The notes beneath the pieces are model-generated. The model saw only the letters and a program-made list of their open reading frames with translations, was not told the origin of the DNA and ran no database searches. Made by a program: the position numbers and the translations under genes. DNA of 64,000 nt, from the NCBI RefSeq assembly GCF_006345805.1, contig NC_043008.1, forward strand, positions 51,274,001 through 51,338,000. Direction: 5' to 3'. Source of the stretch: Octopus sinensis (lineage: Eukaryota). Below, in pieces: positions 25,261-38,154 of the stretch. Each line of letters starts with the position of its first letter. The first letter of the stretch is position 1.

Positions 25261-26760
25261 CTGTGTGTGTGTGTGTGATAGTTTTCTTCTGGCTTCCACC
25301 TCCTAAGTCCACTCACAACACTCTGATCAGCCCAAGGCTATAGTAAAAGAACACTTGCTCAAGGTGTCACACAGTGGGAACTGAACCCAAACCATGCGCC
25401 TGGGAAGCAAACTTCTTAACCACACGACCACAAGCACCACACTCATTACTGTCCTCAACCATTATCAACCAAGAAAAAAGAAACCCTTGAAAGTGATGCT
25501 CCAGAATGGTCGCAGTTCAATGACAGGAATCAGTAAAAGAATAAAAGGAATTTCACAAAAGAAACATAAATTTTTGTTTCCATTCGAATATAAAATTTAA
25601 ATGTCCTGTCTTTAGCCAACAAAATTTTCTGTAATAAAATCCTGTCAATGTTTATTACCCAAGCCGTTATTTTTTAACGATTATTTCCCCCCACCCTTGC
25701 CCTCCTCCACCACTACCCATCCATCCATCCATTGCTTGTTAATTACTTTTTGCTGAGTCAATTTTGTAATTGCTAGTTTTTGTCATTGTAGGCATAGGAT
25801 TGGCTGTGTGGTAAGTAGCTTGCTTACCAACCACATGGTTCCAGGTTCAGTCCCACTGCATGGCACCTTGGGCAAGTGTCTTCTACTATAGCCTCGGGCC
25901 GACCAAAGCTTTGTGAGTGGATTTAGTAGATGGAAACTGAAAGAAGCCTGTCTTTTTTTTTTCAAGTCCTGTATCAGTGATTCCTGAACGGCACCTGTGC
26001 CATGACACATGAATGGCACCCATGCTGTGCCAGTGATATGTAAGGCACCCAGTACACTCTTTGGAATGGTTAGCATTAGGAAGGCCATCCAGCCATAGAA
26101 ACGAAGTCGAAACAGACTGGAGTTTGGTGCAGCTCTCTGGCTTACCAGCACCAGTTAAACTGTCTGACCCATGCCAGCATGAAAAACAGACATTAAATAA
26201 TAATAATGATGATGATGTTGATGAATTCTGCATTGGAATGGTGAATCTTGAAGCACAAAGCTATAAATAATAGCAAGTAAATATTAGGTCTCAGAATTCT
26301 GTAGGATAGAAAAAGTCAAAGATTGCTCGTGAGGCTTGAACTGACATCTTCCATATACATGACAGGGGTTCTACAATTAGGCCAAAATAATCCTTTGAAT
26401 TTCTCAATTTTAGAAACTTTATTTATACCAGCAATAAAAAGAAAAAGAAAGTCAGAATTTATATTATTTCTTATCGTTAAGGTGGCAAGCTGGCAGAACT
26501 GTTAGCATGCCAGGTAAAATGCTTAGAGGCATTTCATTTGCCTTTGCATTCTGGGTTCAAATTCTGCTAAGGTTGACTTCACCTTCCATCCTCTTGAGGT
26601 TGGTCTACACAACTAAATAGTTGAATGATCTCTCTTGCAAGAATATTTGTAAAGTAACCTCCTTTTTCTAAGTTTCTCGAAGTATCTGTGTCATGAGACA
26701 TGAATCTTAATTATTCAAGAATCTTAGCACTTCTCTTGGAAGTCTCTAGAATGTCTAGTG

Positions 26761-26980
26761 CAGTGGTTTTCAACCAGGGTTCTGCGGAACCTTAGGGTTC
26801 CGCCAGTACAGTCCAGGGATTCCGCAAGAAGTTAAAAAAACTGCTAAAATCGGCAGTAAGTTTTAATTCTCCTGTGCAGATATGTTTGTATAAGACTATT
26901 AAATTATTGCACAGGGGTTCCCCGAGCCAGTGGAATGTTTCCTTGGGGTTCCGCTCCAGCAAAAAGTTTGAAAAGCACTG
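26761..26980. mobile_element. hAT MITE (220 bp)
   Basis: TIRs CAGTGGTTTTCAA / TTGAAAAGCACTG; perfect 8-bp TSD GTCTAGTG at 26753-60 and 26981-88. Confidence 0.92.
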
Positions 26981-27687
26981 GTCTAGTGTTCCATTAATAA
27001 AAACAGCTTGCTAACCCTGCTCTTCACTTCTTAGTTGATTAGATTTAGAGCCATTCACTATGTCCGTCTATTTCTCTATGCCACATGACTGAAAACCTCC
27101 ACTTAGCTGTTATTTCTACATTCCCTGTCTCTGTACTTTCTTGCATAGATTACTTCATCCAACTGGATTCTACAATTTGATTCTATGTATCATCATCGAC
27201 CAGTAAATAAAATATAGTTTTATGTAGTAAATATATAAGTCTTGAATTTATTCTTCATCTCTTTATGAACTATTGTAATAACATACACACAGCCACGTCA
27301 ACACCTTGCACTCACTATATATTCCCACTACAAGGTCAATAAAACAAATACCATCCAAGCACTGAGGTCAACTATCCCATTGCCCTTAATATTTCAGGTT
27401 TTTTGCCTATAATAGGGTTATTTCTCATTATCAGGTGCATGGCCCAGTTGTTAGACTGTTGCATGAACATTTGTAAGATCACAGTTTCAATTCCTGCACC
27501 AGGCAGTACATTGTGTCCTTAAACAAGGAACTTTATCCCATTTTTCTAGTCTACTCTGCTGAAAACGAGCTCCAGCAATAGCTGAGAAGTTAGCCATGTG
27601 ACAGGCTCAAGTCCCAGCGGAGGGAGAGTCTTGTAAATTCAGCCATTTATACTCTATAGAAACCAAGTTCAACCCTGTTTGTGTATA

Positions 27688-28085
27688 TCTTTATATATAA
27701 AAGTGAAGTTGTGTGTCTGTCTCCTACGATTTAGATTCCTAACTACTCGCACATTTTGCAGTGCAGTTTAACCAAAACCGGGTATCTTATAGTCGTGATT
27801 CATATCGAGCCCTTCTGGGTATTAGCACGCGTCTACGATGAGTCTACGATTTAAAAAAAAAATTTACCATCATTTTTTTCCATTTTAATGCATTTTTTCG
27901 CTATTATATAAGGGAAGTAACTCTCTAAAAATGTCTACGATGAGTCTACGATTTAAAAAAAATTTGCCATAATTTTTTTTCCATTTTTAATGCATTTTTT
28001 TGCTATTTTTTGGCTATAACTCTCTAAAAAGGCTTATATAGTTATTTCCCTTACAAACCCGAGCAACGCCGGGCGATACTGCTAG
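27688..28085 (+). mobile_element. Non-autonomous Helitron
   Basis: A|TC 5' end, 3' hairpin CCCGAGCAACGCCGGG (28058-73) then CTAG|T; no TSD; internal direct repeat; second copy at 49845-50241. Confidence 0.9.
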
Positions 28086-29209
28086 TAAATATATATGAGT
28101 GTGTGTGAATGCATGTATGTTTAAATGCATATATATGTTGGGTGGGGTGTCTTTATCTTTACATCACATGGCAGTTGTAAGCAAATGTTGCTGCCAATCA
28201 TCTTCCATCTTCTATGTAAGCTTGTCCAGCCATGGGGAAAATATGACCTTTCTTCGGGGGGAGCAGGTGAGGGTTGGTGAGAGGCAGGGCATCCGGCCAT
28301 TAGAAAAATCAAATTTGCCTGAATGAGTTCTGTCCAACCCATGCAAGCATGTGAAAGCAGATGTGAAAATGACGATGATGATGATGACAAAGACGACTAT
28401 GACGATGATGACGATGATGATGATGATGACGATGACAGCTATATTAACATGTCAACAGCAGAACACATTAACGGAAATGTATTTAAAAATCAATTTACAT
28501 TAAAATTGGGTGGGATTCCTGCTTTTCCTTCTTGCTTTCTTCTACTAAACTTTCGATTTAAGTTTCCCATTAAATTTTACAAAATCCATTCCCATCGCAT
28601 TAACATGCAAGAAATGGTAAAGTGAATTCCTAGAAACATACAAGTAAGGCTGCAAATTGGCAGAGTTTGCCAGAGCATCAGACGAGACATCTTGTGTGTG
28701 GAATATATTCCAGTTCTCTTAGCTCTGAGTTCAAATGCTGCCAAGGTCAACTTAGACTTTCTTTCTTTGAGGTTTCCAATATTTTCTCGACCAAAATTTA
28801 CAGATAAATTGGTTTAGGTCAACTTATACCCCAAGATGACTTTGGAAAACCAAATATCCTAATTGGAATGGCACTAGTTAATTTGGGAGAGAATTTCGTA
28901 TTAGAACTCTTGGGACCCAGAAATGAATAGAAATTGCAACATATGAACAAAGAATGTAAAAGGGTTTGCTTCTAAGGGATATTCTTTAACTCTTTAGATA
29001 TTCTAGTCAAAGGATGTTGACCACCCCCATGTGACTAAAAGTGGACTGATATCGAGTTGACAGCAGTAATTAATTATGGGTAATTGTTTGTGAGCAATTG
29101 ACAGTGAGCCATTGATAGAGAGCATTGAGTTTTGTGTAACAGTTAACATACCAAAGCACGTGAATACTTTCTTTACCCCTGCTTCCAACACCAGGATCTA
29201 AAAGATACC

Positions 29210-29430
29210 TATTTCTTTACTACCCACAAGGGGTTAAACACAGAGAGGACAAACGAGGACAGACAAACGGATTCAGTCGATTACATCGACCCCAGTGCGT
29301 AACTGGTACCTAATTTATCGACCCCGAAAGGATGAAAGGCAAAGTCGACCATGGCGGAATTTGAACTCAGAACGTAATGGCAGACGAAATACGGCTACGC
29401 ATTTCGCCCGGTGTGCTAACGTTTCTGCCA
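29210..29430 (-). mobile_element. SINE family C
   Basis: Reverse complement of the consensus; flanked by a CCAGGATCTAAAAGATACC duplication (~29192 and ~29428). Confidence 0.85.
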
Positions 29431-29791
29431 GGATCTAAAAGATACCGACTGGTTTGAGATCACTCATACAACTATGAAATTAAAGAGACTTCCTTATTAT
29501 GAAGTGATCTACAGTATTTTCAGGGACAAGTTGAAATTTTCAGACCATAATTTACAACCAAAAAAATAGATTGGTCAGCTTACACGCTAAGATGACTTTT
29601 GGGGGTGAAAAATTCCTTGTGAAATGCAGCAGGATTTGGAAAGATAGAGATAAAGTTTGGATGTTTACATTACATGTTTACACTACATGCCACATGAGCT
29701 TGAATTCTGGAAAAATACAATATGCATTTCAACTCACACCATGGATATCACAAATAATTTGGATGATGGAGATATATGCACAGATGTGTGA

Positions 29792-30114
29792 AGGCAAGTG
29801 GTTTAGTGGTTAGGGTATTCGGTTCACAATTGTAAGGTCGTGGGTTCAATTCTTGGTGATGCATTGTGTCCTTGAGCAAGACACTTTATTATTTCACGCT
29901 GTTCCAGTTCACTCAGCTGGCAAAAATGACTAGTACCTGTATTTCAAAGGGCCATCCTTGTCATACTCTGTGTCACGCTGAATCTCCCTGAGTGCTACAT
30001 TCAAGGTACACATGTCTATAGAGTGCTCCGCCACTTGCACATTAATTTCACGGGCAGGCTGTTTCATTGATCAGGTCAAGTGGAACCTTCGTCATCGCAA
30101 GCAACGGAGTGCCA
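29792..30114 (+). mobile_element. Older tRNA-derived SINE sharing tail type 1 with 7949-8329
   Basis: GTGGTTAGGG..GGTTCAATTC head, GTCCTTGAGCAAGACACTT core, GTACCTGTATTTCAAAGGG..GGAGTGCCA tail; similar copy at 63735-64000. Confidence 0.8.
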
Positions 30115-30304
30115 GTTAGTTATACACAGGTGTATAGCATTGATTGCATGCTTACTGTATTTTCCAGCAGGCGAGTTGGAACCTACAACCAAACAGAGGT
30201 AGGGTTCACATATACACCAAGATGACTTTGGAGGACCAAAAATTTCATGTGGGATACCACAGGATTTAGAAACATAGGGACAATGTTTAAATATTGTTAT
30301 GACA

Positions 30305-30440
30305 TGTTTACACACAGGCTTGTCGTCCGACACATACAGACTTATCTTTCCACATGCACAGGCTTGTTCTTCCACACACACAGGCTTGTCTTTCCACATG
30401 TACAGGCTTATCTTTTCACGCACGCAGTCTTGTCCTTTCA
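30305..30440. repeat. ~21-bp minisatellite (~6 diverged units, CACAGGCTTGTCTTTCCACAT)
   Basis: Direct reading. Confidence 0.75.
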
Positions 30441-31221
30441 GGTGTCTGTGCTACATAAATGTACCTGTGCTAGTGGCATGTAAAAGGGTCCCAGCACACT
30501 TTGTTAAGGGGTTGGCATTCAGAAGGGCATCCAGCCACAATAGACAATTGGAGTCTGGACAGCTCCCTGCAAGCCAGCTCCATGTCAAATCCTCCGACCC
30601 ATGCCAGCATTGAAAGCAGATGTTAAATGATGACGATGATGATGATGTTCACACTACATACTACACTGGTTTGTATTCTGAAAATTACTGCATAAATTGG
30701 TTTTTTTAATTCAATTTTATTTTTCTTCCTCTTTTAGTTAATAGAGCGCCCAGAACTTATTTATGAGGGCTCCAAAGCTGGAAGGGAGAAGGGGTCTTCA
30801 AACTGGAAACATCACCTGAATGCTTCAACTGATTGCAGAGACTGCAAGAGCAAGCCAAGGTTCCAAGTAGTGGTGCTGATATGACTGATGGATAAAGTCT
30901 ATCACCCAGAAAAGCTATGTTGAGGTTTGATCTCAGAATGCACTCATCCACAACTAATACCACAAATCACTTGCTTTGGGGTTCTTACATCATCATCATT
31001 GCCATCATTGACATTGTCACCGTCACCATCATCATTACAATCATCATCATCATAATCATCGTTGTCATCATCATCGATATCAATATCATCAACATTATTA
31101 ACACCTGTTCTACAAGCACAGGTTGGACAGTTCCACAGCATCCGATAAGTCTGAGGACCACATGGTACTCCAGCATCTGCTTGGGCATGGTTTCTATAGC
31201 TGGATGTCTTTCCTAATACCT

Positions 31222-31452
31222 ATTTGTTTACTACCCACAAGGGGCTAAACACAGAGGGGACAATCAAGGACAAACGGATCAAGTCGATTATATCGACCCC
31301 AGTGCTTAACTGGCACTTAATTTATCGACCTCGAAAGGATGAAAGGCAAAGTCGACCTCGACGGAATTTGAACTCAGAACGTAGCAGCAGACGAAATACC
31401 GTGTAGCGTTTCACCCGGCGTGCTGACATTTCTGCCAGTTCGCCGCCTTCTC
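31222..31452 (-). mobile_element. SINE family C
   Basis: Reverse complement of the consensus. Confidence 0.85.
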
Positions 31453-31559
31453 TTTCCTAATACCAAACATTTTACAGAAAGTTGCAAAGTAAACATCATT
31501 TATCAAAACCACATTCTTACATAACACACCTGACAAAACCAAAGAATGTTGTTATTTAA

Positions 31560-32057
31560 CTCTTTCGATACCAACCCACTTGTGACCACCTGTGGTTCTA
31601 CAATCAAATTTCTCGTTTAAAGGAATCTATATGAAAATCTTCAGAATTTTTCCAATACCAAACTGAGGTTGCTCCTGGTTTTGTGATACAAATGCTCTGT
31701 TTTAAAATCCTCTAAATTAAACATTTTTCATCAAAATTTCAGGTTGATTTACATTCCAAATATCACCTTAACCATGACAAAGTTATTTTACAAAATTCTT
31801 CAGAAATATGGAAAGAAAACGGTTAAATAATGTCTGGTTATCAGTCTATTTGTTCTGTAATTCACCTGAGACTTCTTCAGGTTCTGTTACACAAACTTCC
31901 TGTTTTAAAGAGATCTTCCATAAAAATTTTACGTCAATTTAGGTTTCAAACACAAGATTAATGATAACAAAGCTTTTTTCAATAAATTCTTCTTTATTTT
32001 AAAAAATTTATTGAAACAAACACAGTGTATTTCATTAGAAATATGCTACCAAAAGGG
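31560..32057. mobile_element. piggyBac-like non-autonomous element (~500 bp)
   Basis: TTAA at 31556-59 and 32058-61; termini CTCTTTCGATAC / CTACCAAAAGGG. Confidence 0.6.
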
Positions 32058-32422
32058 TTAAAAATGATTCCATCAAAATTTCATATTAAGTTATGTTCGA
32101 AACAACAGTTTAATAATGACAAAATATTTTACTAAAGTCTTCGTTATTTGAAACATTAATTGAAATAAAAACAATTGTATTTCTACAGAAATATGGTTAA
32201 CAGCAGAGTTAACAAATTAAAACTGTCAAACCAAAGATATCCTTTCAGTGTTTAAAAACACAAATACACGCACACACACACAAACGTACATACACCCGTA
32301 CACACACAAACAGACTCATATATTTACCACATATATTAGGCTATTTACCATAGTAAATATTTTTTCATATGAAATATTTTAAAGCTATGGTTAAACATGA
32401 TAGGCAAAGAAACTGATTGGTT

Positions 32423-32737
32423 CAGTAATATATATTTAAGAGATGAGGAATTATGTACATTATTTACATTCAACGGATATTTGTCCTCATCTTGTTTGTT
32501 GTTAACACAACGTTTCGGCTGATATACCCTCCAGCCTTCTTCAGGTGTCTTGGGGGAAATTTCGAACCTGGGTTCTCATTCCTAAGGTATGAGAACTCAG
32601 GTTTGAGAACCTTAGGAATGAGAACCCAGGTTCGAAATTTCCCACAAGACATCTGAAGAAGGCTGGAGGGTATATCAGCCGAAACGTGTTAACAACAAAC
32701 AAGATGAGGACAAATATCTGTCAAATGTAAATAATGT
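32423..32737. mobile_element. Fold-back Penelope-like element, copy H1, with a hammerhead motif in each arm
   Basis: Arms ~32456-32588 and ~32609-32738 are near-perfect reverse complements; 13-bp direct repeat AAACTGATTGGTT at 32410-22 and 32738-50. Confidence 0.8.
32504..32549 (-). ncRNA. Minimal type I hammerhead ribozyme motif
   Basis: GACAC-CUGAAGA-a-GGCUG(loop)CAGCC-GAAAC-GUU-GUGUU: core, helix II, helix I GACAC/GUGUU, palindromic AACGUU helix III. Confidence 0.75.
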
Positions 32738-33104
32738 AAACTGATTGGTTATTTTATTTTGTATTACTTTTTTTTCTTTTTTTAATGTTTATTGGTTTCA
32801 CTTTTCCAGGTGGTGGTCGTGTCTTGCAGCCATTGATTTCATGTCATTTGATAATATGGTAACAACTGAACAAACATGACTTTTTTCTCTCTTTTTTTTA
32901 TTTTTTATATACAGGTTCAAATTAGGACACTTTTTTTAATAGCAACTTTATATGTAGATTCAAATGCAAGTAACACTACAAAACAAGACAAAACAAAATG
33001 AAGAAAAACATTAATTTAGCACTTGTAGAGAGTTGAGTTAACCAGGCTCAAATGCAGAAATCATTTAAAAAATCTTTCCCTACAGAAAAATCTATGACAG
33101 GAAA

Positions 33105-33525
33105 CAGGTGCAGGTGTGGTTGTGTGGTAAGAAGCTTGCTTCCCTATCTCATGGTTCAGGGTTCAATCCCACGGCACCTTGGGCAAGTGTCTTCTACAAT
33201 AACCTCGGGCTGACCAAAGCCTTGTGAGTGGGCGTGGTAGATGGAAACTGAAAGAAGCTCATCATATATATTTACATATACGATGTGTGTGTGTGAGTGC
33301 CTTTGTGTCTGTGTTTGTCTTCTCACCACCAATTGACAACTGGTGTTGGTGTGTTTATGTCCCCATAACTTAGTGGTTCAGTAAAAGAGACCAATAGAAT
33401 AAGAACCAGGCTTTAAAAAAAAGTAGCGGGGTCAATTCATTCAACGAAAAATTCTTCAAGGCAGTGCCCCATGCTCCAGCATGGTCACTGTCTAATGACT
33501 GAAAGAAGTAAAAGATAAAAGATAA
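33105..33525 (+). mobile_element. SINE family B (diverged)
   Basis: Head, core and tail all alignable. Confidence 0.85.
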
Positions 33526-34064
33526 ACCAAAATCTGGTAGAATCATCCTCAACATCCTTAGCATCTAAACCGGCCACATCCAGCCCAGATATTCTGTTTT
33601 ATGTTCTGACTGGCCAGATCATGCCTCTCGTGCCTCACCCACAATGTCATCCTAAAACTAATCAAACACATCATTGAAATCTCAAGCCTACAAGATAATG
33701 CATGAAATATACAACAGAACATGAATCAGTAAGCATTAAATTTGACAGAATAATTTGAATGTGAGAGGGTTAACAACTACCTTCTATGGCACCATGGATG
33801 GGACAATAACAGGATCTGATAGGCCAGAGGACTGCATCAAGATCCAGAGTCTGTTTTGGCATATTTTCTATGGTTAGATGTCCTTTTTAATGCCAACTAC
33901 TTTACAGAATGGACTGGTGCTTTTTACATAACACCAGTGAAAAGAATTGCCAAGTAACTCGTAAGACAAAATGTTGCCAAACAAAAGAAGAAGAGAGCCT
34001 AGTCTATTAAGGGCCAAGTCAATTTAACAAATTCTTCAATATTTTGAAAACCTATTGAAATGAA

Positions 34065-34460
34065 AGGTGCCGGAATAGCTGTGTGGTAAGAAGCTTGTTT
34101 CCCAACCAAATGGTTCTGGGTTCAGTCCCACTGCTGGGCATCTTGGTCAGGTGTCTTCTACTATAGCCTCAGGTTGACCAAAGTCTTGTGGGAGGATTTA
34201 ATAGACAGAAACTGAAAGAAGCACATCACATGTGTGTGTGTCTGCATTTGTCCCCCCTCCACCACCACTTGACAATGAGTGCTGGTGTGCTTACATTCCC
34301 ATAACTTAACAGTATAGCAAAAGAGACCGATAGGATAAGTACAAGGCTTTTAAAAAATAAGTACTGGTGGGGGTCAATACATTCGACAAAAAATTCTTCA
34401 AAGAGGTGCCCCAGCATGGCTACAGTCTAATGACTGAAACAAGTTAAAAGGAAAGAAAAA
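34065..34460 (+). mobile_element. SINE family B (diverged)
   Basis: Head, core and tail alignable; followed by an inverted family C copy (~34520-34715). Confidence 0.8.
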
Positions 34461-35170
34461 GGGTGGCATATTTCAGCAGAAATATGGAAACAAAAGGGTT
34501 GATAGAATATTCTTTTCCACTCTAGGCACAAGGCCTGAAATTTTTGGGAAGTGGGGCCAGTCGATTAGATCGACCCCAGTATGCACTGGTACTTAATTTA
34601 TCGGCCCCAAAAGGAGGAAAGGCGAAATCAACCTCAGCAGATTTTGAACTCAGAATGTAAAGACAGACGAAATACTGCCAAGCATTTCGCCCTGCGTGCT
34701 AATGTTTCTGCCAGCTTGCTGCCTTGGGTTCATAAAATATTCTATTGGCAATGTGTTCAGATATAGGATATGCAGAGCATATCTTGCTGCTAGTAAAAGC
34801 TTGCATGTGCCTGGCATAGAATGTGTGCAAATGCATATACATGTGATGCACATGCTACATGTGGTGCAAGCACACATTAATGTATATATATGGTGTTTGT
34901 TGCATGTTGCCTTTAGCAACTAATCGAGTGAACTCGCAGTGCACACACTGCTACAGTGCAATCCAGGCTTACCAGGAGGTGTCTGCTGCATGGGATGCAG
35001 TTGACAGGGGATGAAGTAAAGACTGCAGAAAGGGAAGCTGCAGTTGAAACTGGCGCAGGGGTTAATGGAACCTGAAGGTTAATAAACAAACAGAACAAAT
35101 GAGAGTCATAGTAACAGCTTAGTAGATACATAAATACATATGTGTGTGTGTGTGTGTATATACATGTGCG

Positions 35171-35225
<55 letters not shown>

Positions 35226-35235
35226 ATATATATAT

Positions 35236-35268
<33 letters not shown>

Positions 35269-35575
35269 CATACATACATATATGTGTGCGTGTGTGTATA
35301 TGTATTATTTGATTCTCTCTCTGAGGAATTTCTAATAGGAATATTTTTCATGCTTAATCCAACATGTACAATTTTGTGATTCCTGTTAGCAAATGAAACA
35401 TGTGTAATGGTGAATAAATAATACCAAAACATTTTTCCAGCTTCCTGTTTTGTTTTAATTATGTGTGTATGTGTGTATATGTTGGGGTGTGTATATGTTG
35501 GGGTGTGTATATGTTGGGGTGTGTATATACACAATATATATACACACACACATTCATACACATATATATATATAT

Positions 35576-35614
<39 letters not shown>

Positions 35615-36539
35615 CAATAGTCGACTAAAAATCCATGAATCATAATAAAAAAGGCATTCATATATTTGTTCATTAAGTAGGTATATTAATCAAAGTACAC
35701 AGTATTATAGATCCATTGCAGTCAATTTTGCCAATCGATTTGGCCTCATTCACAACAATCACGATTTCATGATATGAGAACACACACACACACACCACAC
35801 ACACACACACAACACACACACACACAACACACACACATACACATACCTCAAGGTTTACTCTTGAAATCTTTTCCAAGACTGGGTGTGGCCCACAAGGTAG
35901 TGGAGGTTCGGAATCAAGGTTTTCTTTCTCATGGACAGATTGACCCCCAACCCTCCTTATCTCCAGGCTAACAAGATCCATCTGCCCCACTGACTTGCTG
36001 ATTAACCCACAGCTGGGACCTTGTCAGTTGCAACTACCCTGGGTTAGATTAGACCTGGGAACAATAATGGCTGAGAGGTGGCTCCCCTCTCCTCAAAACC
36101 CTGGAATTCCTGAACCAAGGCCCACGATGGTTTAAAGTCATAACTGGATATCACAGGGTGGTAAGAGGATGAAAATGGGGTGGAACAGGGTAGCAGTATT
36201 GAGTCCACAAGGTGTGTGTATAGTGGTGATATTATTATTGTAGGGTGCTATCAGAGTGGGGTACAAGGTGGCTACAAGAGGAATACAGGGTAGTAAAATG
36301 GTGGCTAACATTCTAATAACAGGGTGGTAAAAGGGTGGAAACATTGTAGGAATGAATTGGCAGTGTTGATGACTGGTTGTTTATAGAGTGGAAACAGAGA
36401 TGGTAGAGGATAGTTACAGGGTAGTAACAGGGTGGTTATAACGTGGTAACAGAACAGTTGCAAGGTAACCCCTGAAAAAATAAAGGGTGGTAAAAAAAAG
36501 GATGAATACAAAGCAGCCAGGGTGTTAAGAGGACAGCAG

Positions 36540-36790
36540 CAGCAGCAACAGCAGCCACCACCACCACCATCATCATAATTATTTATCATCACCATCATTA
36601 TCATAATCATCAACTTCCTCACAATCATCATCATCACCTTCATCACTACCTTCGTCATCCTCCCCCTCCTCATCCTCTTTACCATCATAGCTATTATCAT
36701 AATCCTCATCATCATTGTCATTCACCATCAGCATCATCATTGTCATCATTACCAACATCAACATTATCATCAACATCATCGTTGTTTTGA
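36540..36790. repeat. (CAG)/(CAC)/(CAT) compound microsatellite, preceded by a degenerate ~11-bp ACAGGGTGGTA repeat (36150-36500)
   Basis: Direct reading. Confidence 0.85.
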
Positions 36791-37142
36791 TGTCCATTTT
36801 TGCATCCTCATATGGGTCGAACAGAATTTTGTTAATGCAGAATTGTTTATGGCCAGACGCTCTTCCTGTTGCCAACCCTTGCCTGTTCCCAGTCAAGGGG
36901 AAGCATGTCACCAAGACCAGAAATGTTTTAAGGGATGACTGAGAAGGAAGGGTACTGCTTTTGTGACAATGAAACCTATTTACAACTATCAATGTCAGGG
37001 CAAGGAAACAGTAACACATGTATGTATGTATGTATGTGTGTGTGTGTGTATGTATGTGTGTGTGTATATATATAGGAGAATTTGATTTTGAAAAATGCAT
37101 TTTAATTTGAAAAACTTGTAATTGTTTTTAAATAAATTTATT

Positions 37143-37596
37143 TACATACATTCCAAACTGGCTTCGACAATTTTTTTGTTTATCAATGGTATAAGCCTAT
37201 GGGATTTAAAAAATTTTAAATTGTGAAGTAGAAAACTTGTTTAATTGATTAAATGTTCACAAAATTCAATAATATCAAAAATGATCAGCAAAGAATATAA
37301 AAAATGTGAATCCCTAAATGTTCAAGAATCCCACGCAAGATGAGAGAAACTGTAACAAAACCCCTTTTTTAACTCTCTTTTTTTCTTATTTTTCTCTCTC
37401 TTAACTCAGAATGACAAAAATTTTGGTGATCCACAAATTTTTTATTCTTCACCAATCCTTTTTGATATTATTGAAATGTGTGAACATTTAATCATTTAAA
37501 CTTGTGTTCTACTTAGCAATTTTTAATTTTTTAAAATCCCATACATTTATACCACTGATAAACAAAAAATTGTTGAAACTAGTTTGGTATGTATGT
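37143..37596. mobile_element. Degenerate fold-back element/MITE with ~140-bp inverted arms
   Basis: ACATACATTCCAAACTGG..CAATAATATCAAAAA (37143-37285) is roughly the reverse complement of 37452-37596. Confidence 0.7.
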
Positions 37597-37999
37597 AACC
37601 AAACACACATATAGCTACACACATTCACACCTGAATTTGAAAAAACTTGTAATTGCTTATGTATATACAAAATGTCGCATGTGCTATTTAAACTGACAGG
37701 GGAGACAACATGCAACCTTTTGTGGCTAAGGAATCTTTGAATTCTATTTCTAGTGTATATATCAAGTGAAACCGCCCGAAACAGTAAGGATTTCTGGTAT
37801 GCTTGAATGAGGAAAGAAGGTCACAAATGACCCGTTTTTTTTTGTATGTCCTAATTGTTGTTTCTCATATCTGCCTTTGTATCGCCTATCTGTCCGAATG
37901 TTTTATTGTCCCCTATTGCGTTTTTGCTCCATTTTATATATATATAGGGAGAATTCACAAAAGACAAAGACAGGTGGTGTAGACAACAAACAGATGTAT

Positions 38000-38075
38000 T
38001 AGTTTAACACTCAGGAAGTGAAAAAGTCTTTAACGTTTCGAGCCTATGCTCTTTCACAAGAAGGAACACAGAAAG
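38000..38075 (-). mobile_element. Penelope-like fragment with a degenerate hammerhead motif (H4)
   Basis: Minus strand TTGTGAA-a-GAGC-ATAG-GCTC-GAAACGTT: helix II and GAAAC intact, CUGANGA core mutated; begins at a (TA)n run at ~37945. Confidence 0.45.
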
Positions 38076-38154
38076 AAACGAGAGAAAATAAAGAATGTGT
38101 AGTGGCTAGCAATCTATCATGGCAAATGATATTTATCTTCTTGTATTCTTCCAC

